Shown: in pieces, positions 56,475 through 64,000 of the stretch | Layout: each line of letters starts with the position of its first letter | How positions within the stretch are numbered: the first letter of the stretch is position 1 | Source: an uncultured Mycoplasmatota bacterium | Lineage (GTDB): Bacteria > Bacillota_I > Bacilli_A > RF39 > UBA660 | Reading direction: 5' to 3' | Length of the DNA: 64,000 nucleotides | Assembly (NCBI GenBank): GCA_948465965.1 | Contig: CAOJYR010000002.1 | Location: 5,839-69,838, forward strand | Program-made: the position numbers and the translations under genes | Notes under the pieces: model-generated | The model's database searches: none | Seen by the model: the letters and a program-made list of their open reading frames with translations, nothing else | Told to the model about the DNA's origin: nothing

Positions 56475-57326
56475 TTATTTATAATATTCTCTTAGCAGTA
56501 CTAATCTTTTTTCTGACTTAGTAAGTTCAGTTTCTATTTCAGGCTTTTTTTGAATGTAATTCGTTCTATTATGAGCAAAATGATCCAATATAGTGCCATC
56601 AGGTTCAACATTAAATTTTAAATGACCCAAATTAAGTGATTTGTTTGAAAGCCTGGCTACTACTCCATTAGGAAGTCTAAAAGCAGCTTTATTAGACATG
56701 CAAAAAATTTTATCTATAGATATTTCTCTAAACATTTTTTCTAAATATTTTACCAATTGATGTTCATATGAATATTGATCAATTGGATTCATAGTATTAA
56801 CATTTACCATCATGCCCAGATCACGTGCTTTTTCAGTAATATCTATTAATGAATCAAGAGTAGGAAAACATTCTTCTGTTGTCAATAATTGAAGGAGCAA
56901 TTTACTTTTCCAATCTGCTTGTGATAAAAAAATTGAGCTATTATCAGATAAATTAGGGCGAAATGATAAAAAAATAATATCTAATATACCATCTAATTTT
57001 TCAAGGACATCCATTTTTATAGCGTTTGTAAACATTTTAACAGTAAAGCCATATTCTTTAGCTTGCTTTGCATAATCAATTACAGATGGGTGAATTGTAG
57101 GTTCCCCACCATGAAGATAAATTGTACTGAATCCGTTTTCTTTAGCAAAATTCAATGTTTTTGTAAAAGTCTCCTGATTCATCATAACAGGAGTATGAAC
57201 ATTATCATTAATACAATAAGGACAATTAGCATTACAATTCAATGTTATTGTAATGAAAAGTTCATCCAAATTAAGAATTTCAAAAGGATGAGACTTAACT
57301 TTATATTCTAATTTATTTTTTTCCAT
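56475..57326 (-). CDS. Radical SAM enzyme, minimal single-cluster type, substrate unknown
   Basis: ITITLNCNANCPYCIN (CX3CX2C) and LHGGEPTIH SAM-binding motif. Only two further Cys, so no SPASM/twitch cluster. ATG 57326 follows AGGTGA. The ORF-track start 57335 is GTG. Confidence 0.85.
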   Translation of the reverse strand: MEKNKLEYKVKSHPFEILNLDELFITITLNCNANCPYCINDNVHTPVMMNQETFTKTLNFAKENGFSTIYLHGGEPTIHPSVIDYAKQAKEYGFTVKMFTNAIKMDVLEKLDGILDIIFLSFRPNLSDNSSIFLSQADWKSKLLLQLLTTEECFPTLDSLIDITEKARDLGMMVNVNTMNPIDQYSYEHQLVKYLEKMFREISIDKIFCMSNKAAFRLPNGVVARLSNKSLNLGHLKFNVEPDGTILDHFAHNRTNYIQKKPEIETELTKSEKRLVLLREYYK

Positions 57327-57487
57327 AATAATCACCTTTTTTAAATAATTATACTTGAGAACTAATGTTTAGTTTCTTGCTAAACACTTTTTAGCGTGAA
57401 ATAATTTATTTGATAAGGGAGAAATTATTTAAAAACTTCCATATTTTTTATCTTGACATATTACCAGATGTCTTTCTTTGATAAATT

Positions 57488-57515
57488 ATTATAACATTCT
57501 CTAAAGGAAAATCAA
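57488..57515 (-). promoter_or_regulatory. Candidate sigma-A promoter for the radical-SAM/DUF402 pair
   Basis: On the minus strand, TTGATT (57515-57510), a 16-nt spacer, then TATAAT (57493-57488), starting 2 nt after the mutS stop. This leaves a leader of about 150 nt with alternative GCTAAA/TTTAGC and TTTAG/CTAAA pairings. Confidence 0.4.
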
Positions 57516-57516
57516 T

Positions 57517-60069
57517 TTATTTTGACTTTGTGACCTCTTTTTTTAAATCATATAAATAACTTAATGCTTCCATAGGCGTCATTTCCAAAGGATTAATCTC
57601 TTTTATTTTCTCTTCTACTTCATTTATTTTTGGTTCTACTTCACTTTCAGTAAGTTCAAAAAGAGATGTTTGAGTAAATGTTTCCTTTTTTACATTTTTC
57701 TTTTCATATATATTAAGTATTTCATCTGCTCTATCAATAAGTGATTTAGGAAGATGAGCAAGACTTGCTACATGGATACCATAACTTTTATCGACTGCTC
57801 CAACTTTTACCTTATGAAGAAAGGTAATCTCTCCATCTTTTTCTACAGCTGATACATGGACATTTTTTAAATGTTTCAAATCCTTTTCCAAAGAAACAAG
57901 TTCATGATAATGAGTAGAAAACATGGTTTTAGCTTTAATCTTATCATGAATATGTTCAAGGATTGCCTGAGCAAGACTCATTCCATCATATGTGGCAGTA
58001 CCACGTCCTAATTCATCAAATAAAATTAAACTATTCTCAGTTGCTTCGCTAATCGCATAATTTGCCTCTTTCATTTCAACCATAAAAGTAGATTCACCCG
58101 AAACCAAATCATCACTAGCACCAATTCTTGTAAAAATCTTATCAAAGATTGGCATAGTACAACTTTTACAAGGAACAAAACAACCAATTTGAGCCATGAT
58201 AACAGTAATGGCACATTGCCTCATATAAGTAGATTTACCAGCCATATTAGGGCCTGTTATAAGTAATATATCTGTAGTTTTATCCATAACAATATCATTA
58301 GCAATATACTTATCCTTCATAACCTGCTCAACCACCGGATGACGACAATCAATCATCTTAATCACTTTCTCATCTGTAATGGTAGGTCTTACAAACTTAT
58401 ACATATCACTAACAATAGAAAATGATTGTAACATATCTACTTCGCTAATAATCTTAGCTATTCTTTGAATTTTGGAAATATATCTTTTTACTACTTCCCT
58501 AATATCCATAAAAAGCTTATATTCCAAATTAACAATTTTCTCTTCAGCCCCTAGAATAATATTTTCTTTTTCTTTTAAAACTGGAGTAATAAATCTTTCA
58601 CAATTAGCCAAAGTCTGCTTTCTCTCGTATCCATATTCATCTTTCACTAAAGACTTTTGTCCCCGAGAAACTTCTATATAATAACCAAACACCTTATTAA
58701 AACCAACTTTTAAATTCTTAATACCAGTTCTTTCACGTTCAGTCTTTTCCATCTCTAAAATAAAGTCTTTTGAACCACTACTAATCTTCTTCAATTCGTC
58801 TAACTCTTCATTATAACCCTCTTTGATTAAGTGACCTTCATGTAGAGAAAATGGAGCATCTTCCAAAATTGTTCTTTCAAGCAAAGAATATAGTTCATCT
58901 AAAGTCTCTAACTTTTTATCATATTTAATTTCCTCTAAAATCTCTTTTATCCTAGGCAAACTTGATAAAGAACTTTTTAACTGTAATAAATCTTTAGCAT
59001 TTAAATTCCCATAAGTAATTCTTCCTGCCAATCTTTCTAAATCATAAACATTTCCAAGTTCTTTAATTAAATCATCTCTTATAATAAACTCAGTAGATAA
59101 TTTTTCAATCATATCATAACGTCTATTAATTTCACTCTTATTCGTAAGTGGATTTTCTATATTACATTTTAAAAATCTAGAACCCATAGCCGTCTTATTC
59201 TTATCAAGTAACCATAATAAACTATATTGACGCTCTCTGTTACGAAGTGTTTCAACCAGTTCTAAGTTTCTCTTAGTGTTACTATCAAACTCTAAATATT
59301 CACTACTTTTAATAATTTGACATGCCTGAAGATGATGCAAATCCCCCTTCTTAGTATCGATAACATAGTTTAATAAATGTTTAATAGTAGTAGTAATTCG
59401 AATATCTTCTATTCCCTTATAAATATACTCATAATTCTTATCATTCAACTCTTCCTTAGTAATAGTTACTAATATATTATAATTTGCTCTTAATATTTCA
59501 ACGATTTCTCTATCAATCGTATCATTAACAATTATTTCCTTAAAACCATGTTTTATAACTTCTTTTATTACTTTATCCCTATCACCTTCAATAAGCATAA
59601 CATAAACTTCTCCAGTAGAAACATCAGCAAAACTAATTCCATAACAATAATCAAAATTATAAATATTAGCTATATAATTATTACTTTTCGAATCAATATT
59701 TTCATCAATTCGAGTTCCCTTAGTCACAACTTGAATAACATCTCGTTTTACCATACCCTTTGTTTGTTTAGGATCCTCAAGTTGCTCACATATCGCAACT
59801 TTATAGCCTTTATCAATTAACTCATCTACATAATTTGCATATGCATGATGTGGAATTCCACACATTGGTACTTTCTCCTCAAGTCCCGCCTGCTTTCCGG
59901 TTAAAGTTAACTCTAAAATTCTAGATGCCAAAATTGCATCATCAAAAAACATTTCATAAAAGTCGCCTAGTCTAAAAAAGATAATACTATCTTCATAATT
60001 GTCCTTTATTTCCATATATTGCTGCATCATTGGACTCAATTTATTTCTATCTACTTCACTACGTTTCAT
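57517..60069 (-). CDS. mutS: DNA mismatch repair protein MutS
   Basis: LSPMMQQYMEIK, FFRLGDFYEMF, GPNMAGKSTYMRQ, FDELGRGTATYDG, THYHEL. 850 aa. Confidence 0.97.
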   Translation of the reverse strand: MKRSEVDRNKLSPMMQQYMEIKDNYEDSIIFFRLGDFYEMFFDDAILASRILELTLTGKQAGLEEKVPMCGIPHHAYANYVDELIDKGYKVAICEQLEDPKQTKGMVKRDVIQVVTKGTRIDENIDSKSNNYIANIYNFDYCYGISFADVSTGEVYVMLIEGDRDKVIKEVIKHGFKEIIVNDTIDREIVEILRANYNILVTITKEELNDKNYEYIYKGIEDIRITTTIKHLLNYVIDTKKGDLHHLQACQIIKSSEYLEFDSNTKRNLELVETLRNRERQYSLLWLLDKNKTAMGSRFLKCNIENPLTNKSEINRRYDMIEKLSTEFIIRDDLIKELGNVYDLERLAGRITYGNLNAKDLLQLKSSLSSLPRIKEILEEIKYDKKLETLDELYSLLERTILEDAPFSLHEGHLIKEGYNEELDELKKISSGSKDFILEMEKTERERTGIKNLKVGFNKVFGYYIEVSRGQKSLVKDEYGYERKQTLANCERFITPVLKEKENIILGAEEKIVNLEYKLFMDIREVVKRYISKIQRIAKIISEVDMLQSFSIVSDMYKFVRPTITDEKVIKMIDCRHPVVEQVMKDKYIANDIVMDKTTDILLITGPNMAGKSTYMRQCAITVIMAQIGCFVPCKSCTMPIFDKIFTRIGASDDLVSGESTFMVEMKEANYAISEATENSLILFDELGRGTATYDGMSLAQAILEHIHDKIKAKTMFSTHYHELVSLEKDLKHLKNVHVSAVEKDGEITFLHKVKVGAVDKSYGIHVASLAHLPKSLIDRADEILNIYEKKNVKKETFTQTSLFELTESEVEPKINEVEEKIKEINPLEMTPMEALSYLYDLKKEVTKSK

Positions 60070-60133
60070 TTATACTTCACCACGCTTACTATTATAACAA
60101 AAATTCATTTCAAATAAAAGAAAAAGAAAGGTT

Positions 60134-60925
60134 TTATTTCCCTTTCTTCATTAACAAAATTTTCTGATAATCATCCTCTGTTTTTTTTAAATACCTTTTT
60201 AATTCATAAATATCTGTAGTAGAATGAATATTACTTCTTAATCCTTCTAAAAAAGGTGTAGTATCCAACCCTAAATTTCTGCTAACAATAATAGACTTTA
60301 TGCTTTTATCTAATTGTTCACTAGCCTCAAGTAAACTTAAATTGGCAATAGCCCTACTTGCGCTATGATAATCTCTATTAGTAATATTACCAGTTAATAC
60401 ATGGTAATTCTCACTTATTTTCTCATCACTATTATAATTTTTTTGTAAATAATGATCAACCACACTTGAAACCAAATAATTTAAAATAGAAATATCATCG
60501 CTACATATACTAATTTGTACACCATCAATAACAGTCTCATCAAACCTTTTTATGCTTAATTTAATTCTAAAAAATTCAGTGAATTTATCTATATCCATGA
60601 AATTTTCTACATCTAGAACTAGACTTAAATTCTGATTAATAGCTCTATTAGTAAAAAGGATACTATCAAAGACATCATACACATTCCTATAGACTTTTAA
60701 CCATTCATCACAATATTTAATATATTTATTATTAGACTGCTTAATATAGCGATTATCACTCTTAGTAGAAACAACATTTATAAGATCCACATCTCCTACT
60801 ATATCAAATCCCTTACCAGACCCATTATTTACAAAAATGTAATTCTCTTTATCAGAAGTAATGGCAATATTTTCACCATTTTCTAGCACAATAACATTTC
60901 CATCATCTGTATGATAATATTTCAC
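60134..60925 (-). CDS. Hypothetical protein (263 aa)
   Basis: GTG start 5 nt after AAGGGGGGA. No recognised motif, signal peptide or TM helix. Confidence 0.5.
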   Translation of the reverse strand: MKYYHTDDGNVIVLENGENIAITSDKENYIFVNNGSGKGFDIVGDVDLINVVSTKSDNRYIKQSNNKYIKYCDEWLKVYRNVYDVFDSILFTNRAINQNLSLVLDVENFMDIDKFTEFFRIKLSIKRFDETVIDGVQISICSDDISILNYLVSSVVDHYLQKNYNSDEKISENYHVLTGNITNRDYHSASRAIANLSLLEASEQLDKSIKSIIVSRNLGLDTTPFLEGLRSNIHSTTDIYELKRYLKKTEDDYQKILLMKKGK

Positions 60926-61038
60926 ATTTATCCCCCCTTCTTCAAACAGTTACTAATTATACCAAAATAAACTAATAATGTCAAAAAAAGAGGATCTATA
61001 AAAACCTATAGTCCCCCAAACAAATGTCCCATACACTC

Positions 61039-61296
61039 TTATTTCCTATTACTCATAACCATTCTCGATTCCAATAAAGCATCGTTTTCTACTTCACATA
61101 AAGTATGATTCATAATAAAATTCATTTCTTCCTGTTTTCTATCATCTTTGGTTGGTAAAACCACTCTTTCTAGCGTATTATCACATTTTAATGCAATATA
61201 CCAATCCTGTCCAATATATACCTTTTTATAATTATCCTCATTAACTAAATCAAAGTTTTCCTTTAATACTTCTCTTTTTTGTAAATCATTCTCCAT
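61039..61296 (-). CDS. Hypothetical protein (85 aa)
   Basis: Open frame with a weak RBS. No motif. Confidence 0.4.
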   Translation of the reverse strand: MENDLQKREVLKENFDLVNEDNYKKVYIGQDWYIALKCDNTLERVVLPTKDDRKQEEMNFIMNHTLCEVENDALLESRMVMSNRK

Positions 61297-61418
61297 AAAA
61301 ATCTTGACCTTTTTTTTACTCCTGTAGCGATAGCTATTTTTGTAGTCAAAGAATTTAATAAAAAATCTTTATTATCTTCATTTATTTTTCTAAAAGTACA
61401 TAACACAATTTCATCTAT

Positions 61419-61601
61419 TTAATTTATTGAAGAAAAAGCCAATCTCATACATTCATTATCATATTTTAAAAGAAGTATCGCATCAATAACCTTATCTAAA
61501 ATTTTATAATATTCTTCTTGAACATTAGGACCTTGATCATTTAGTTTATATTGTAGTTTATCAAAAAATAAATTAATATCCTCATCTTTATCTATATTCA
61601 T
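61419..61601 (-). CDS. Hypothetical protein (60 aa)
   Basis: Strong RBS AAGGGGGG lies 7 nt upstream of the ATG. Acidic helical peptide. Confidence 0.45.
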   Translation of the reverse strand: MNIDKDEDINLFFDKLQYKLNDQGPNVQEEYYKILDKVIDAILLLKYDNECMRLAFSSIN

Positions 61602-61734
61602 AAAATACCCCCCTTATTTATAATCGTAAATCAATTTATGTTATAACATAGAAATAATTCTTTTAAAATTGTAACTAAAAAATCCTTAAAATATTAAGGA
61701 TTATTATTGATTTTAACATATTAATTTTTAAAGA

Positions 61735-63039
61735 TTATTTAGCTATTTCCTTAAAGGAATTTATAAGACCATCTACATAAGCACATCCCATAAAGCAAAT
61801 TACTGCATCAGTATAATCTTTTAACTTATCAATCGTATCAACACTAATGATATCTCCATCATCTAATTTATCAATTATAGTATGTGATGTAATTCCTGGA
61901 TAATCCTTTGGATCTTCCCTATTGCAATCTATTTCTGTTAAATAAGTCTTATCAGCAAGATTAAATGCATTTACAAATTCTTCTGTAAAATCTCTTGTTC
62001 TGGAATATGTATTAGGAACAAATACAACTACTAATTTTTTATTTGGATATTTTTGTCTTACAGCATTTAAAGTAACACTTATTTCTGTTGGATGATGAGC
62101 ATAGTCATCAATAATAACAGTATTTCCTACTTTTTCTTCTGCAAAACGTCTTTTGGCATTATGAAAAGTTTCAAGTAAATGATGAATAGTATCTTTTTCA
62201 AGACCTATCTCATGAGCGATTGTTATTGCTGCAGCTGCATCCATAACCATATGTTCTCCATATAATGGTATATCAAAATGACCAAACATTTCCCCATCAA
62301 TATATAAATCAAATACTGAACCACTCTCCAAAAGTTCCATATTCTTAATAACTACATCATTATCTTCATTAAACCCATAAAATTTAACGGGTGTTTTAAA
62401 ATTAATCTTTCTAACCTCTGTATTATCCCCATTTGCAACCACTAATTTCTTCGTTTGATTCGCAAAAATAGCAAATGTATCTCTAATATCATCTATATCC
62501 TTATAACATTCTAAATGTTCCGCTTCAATATTCGTAATAACTGAATAGTTCGGCTTATAGGAAGTAAAATGCCTATTGAATTCATCACTTTCTACAACAA
62601 AATATTCATTATCTTTTGTAGCGTGACCATCACCCGCTCCAATAAAATAATTACACCCTACAGTCTCTTCTAATAAATGACGAATCATAGAAGAAGTCGT
62701 CGTCTTTCCGTGAGTACCACTTACTCCAATAGAATTAAACTGATCTATAACATCTCCCATAATTTCGCAATATTTCTTTATAGTTAACCCTAATTCTTTA
62801 ACACGCTTCATCTCTGGATGATTTTCATTGAAGGCTACACTATAGGTAACTATAGTATCTTTATCTATGTCATGATCTTGATCATAATAGATTGGAATAT
62901 TTCTCTCATCTAACCCTTCTTGTGTAAACTTATGTCCTCGTGCATCATCATAACCACTAACTTCATTTCCCAAGTCGCTAAGTATTTGGGCAAGAGTAGA
63001 CATTCCTGTACCCTTTACACCTATACAATAATATTTCAT
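61735..63039 (-). CDS. murC: UDP-N-acetylmuramate--L-alanine ligase
   Basis: YYCIGVKGTGMSTLA, GVSGTHGKTTTSSM, DDYAHHPTEI. Confidence 0.95.
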   Translation of the reverse strand: MKYYCIGVKGTGMSTLAQILSDLGNEVSGYDDARGHKFTQEGLDERNIPIYYDQDHDIDKDTIVTYSVAFNENHPEMKRVKELGLTIKKYCEIMGDVIDQFNSIGVSGTHGKTTTSSMIRHLLEETVGCNYFIGAGDGHATKDNEYFVVESDEFNRHFTSYKPNYSVITNIEAEHLECYKDIDDIRDTFAIFANQTKKLVVANGDNTEVRKINFKTPVKFYGFNEDNDVVIKNMELLESGSVFDLYIDGEMFGHFDIPLYGEHMVMDAAAAITIAHEIGLEKDTIHHLLETFHNAKRRFAEEKVGNTVIIDDYAHHPTEISVTLNAVRQKYPNKKLVVVFVPNTYSRTRDFTEEFVNAFNLADKTYLTEIDCNREDPKDYPGITSHTIIDKLDDGDIISVDTIDKLKDYTDAVICFMGCAYVDGLINSFKEIAK

Positions 63040-63119
63040 AGTATCACTTCTTTCTCTATATTTTATTATAAACTAGAAAAAATTATAAGTAAATATTTAA
63101 AAGCAAATGAAAAGATCAA

Positions 63120-63305
63120 TTAATATTGATCCTTATTAAAATTACTTCTTTCTTGACGTTCTGCTTTTCTCTTATCACGACAAGATTTACATCTTTTTGG
63201 TTCATTATCTAAACCTTTTTCCTTATAAAAGCTTTGCTCACCTGCAGTAAAAACAAACTCATTACCACAATCTTTACAAATTAAAGTTTTATCAGTAAAT
63301 TCCAC
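63120..63305 (-). CDS. Zinc-ribbon protein (CxxC...CxxC) with a basic tail
   Basis: LICKDCGNEFVFTAGEQSFYKEKGLDNEPKRCKSCR is a conserved small zinc-ribbon family. GTG start 6 nt after AAGGAGGT. Confidence 0.7.
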   Translation of the reverse strand: MEFTDKTLICKDCGNEFVFTAGEQSFYKEKGLDNEPKRCKSCRDKRKAERQERSNFNKDQY

Positions 63306-63445
63306 TATATAACCTCCTTATCTTATAATTGGACCAATTTAAAAGGAAAAACCGCAACTTATAAAATAAGAATAGTTAATAGCCTAATTAAAATTTAAAA
63401 ATCCAGTGATTATCTCACATTAATAATATACCACAACAAGAATAA

Positions 63446-64000
63446 TTATTCAATATTATTTTTTCTTAACTGCCTCGCCCTTTTTGAATAAATACATCCA
63501 CAATAATCTTGCCTATATAAATTGAATTCTTTCGATAATTCAATACTTCTCTTGTATCCATTTTTCTTTTTAAAATCAGAATATAAAAAATTACTCTGGT
63601 ATTCTTTGTTTAAAGATTCTCCTATTTCATTTATCCAATTACTATTTTTATAAGGACTTAAACTTAGTGTTGTTGTAAAATAGGAAAAATTATTTTCTTC
63701 TGCTATTTTAGCAGTCTCTTCAAGTCTTAACAAATAGCACTTATAACAGCGTCGTCCCCTTTCTGGTTCATTTTCTAAATCCCTTGCCATAGAAAAAAAT
63801 TCATTTTGATCATATCTTCCCTCTATTAAAGATATAGGATATTTTGTTTTGATTTTTTTAATAAACTTTTTAATTTCATCAAGTCTTTTTTGATATTCAA
63901 GTCTCTCAGTAATATTAGGATTATAAAAAAAGATTGTTATCTTAAACAGATTCCCAAGTCGCTCCAATACTGCCGATGAACATGGCGCACAACAAGCATG
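63446..64000 (-). CDS. queH: Epoxyqueuosine reductase QueH (DUF208), N-terminus outside window
   Basis: The frame stays open to the window edge: HACCAPCSSAVLERLG...FFYNPNI...RCYKCY...DYCGC, the QueH Cys pattern. Confidence 0.8.
   Translation of the reverse strand, partial: HACCAPCSSAVLERLGNLFKITIFFYNPNITERLEYQKRLDEIKKFIKKIKTKYPISLIEGRYDQNEFFSMARDLENEPERGRRCYKCYLLRLEETAKIAEENNFSYFTTTLSLSPYKNSNWINEIGESLNKEYQSNFLYSDFKKKNGYKRSIELSKEFNLYRQDYCGCIYSKRARQLRKNNIE

Noticed and set aside
61297-61418. Possibility that the 60-aa and 85-aa ORFs are fragments of one frameshifted gene.
   Set aside because: The 122-nt gap (not a multiple of 3) contains an in-frame stop upstream of the 85-aa ATG, and the 60-aa ORF has its own strong RBS and stop. 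No sequence evidence links the two halves.
1-64000. Search for CRISPR arrays, rRNA genes, IS/transposase genes, reverse transcriptases, prophage structural genes, and RNase P/tmRNA/SRP signatures.
   Set aside because: No regularly spaced direct repeats were seen other than the 33-bp operator repeat. No such ORFs or conserved RNA cores (for example GAGGAAAGTCC) were found by eye.

Overview
This is a very AT-rich chromosomal segment (well under 35% GC by eye, not computed) from an endospore-forming Bacillota (Firmicutes). All family calls come from motif reading and synteny only; no BLAST, HMM or folding search was possible. About 90% of the window is coding. The backbone is housekeeping plus sporulation. 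Housekeeping genes are hemW (5' truncated), rpsT, yidD, rnc, an RNase J paralog, alaS, holA, rarA, xerD, deoB, nusB-xseA-xseB, mutS, murC and queH (truncated at the 3' window edge). Sporulation genes are gpr-spoIIP-yqxA-like, spoIIGA-sigE, spoIIM and spoIVB. There are two stand-alone tRNAs, Arg-CCU and Glu-CUC. Regulated modules are a csoR-copA-copZ copper operon with a perfect CsoR palindrome, a TetR-controlled heterodimeric ABC exporter behind a 33-bp tandemly repeated operator, and an Ala-specific T-box leader in front of two P-loop nucleotide-kinase-like genes fused to alaS. No CRISPR array, rRNA, transposase or obvious prophage is present. Five places look worth a second look: (1) a minimal radical-SAM enzyme plus DUF402 nucleotide-hydrolase cassette with its own promoter, where mutL is expected after mutS, followed by about 950 bp of hairpin-rich non-coding DNA; (2) an integrase-GNAT-unknown membrane protein-ABC operon directly after spoIVB, where spo0A normally sits; (3) two tandem paralogous unknown proteins of about 380 aa between rarA and xerD; (4) a catalytically degenerate PP2C-fold protein with a 28-aa hydrophobic micro-ORF next to spoIIM; (5) a DUF2726 nuclease-fold gene plus an HTH gene in an AT-rich pocket. 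None of these can be assigned a function from sequence alone.
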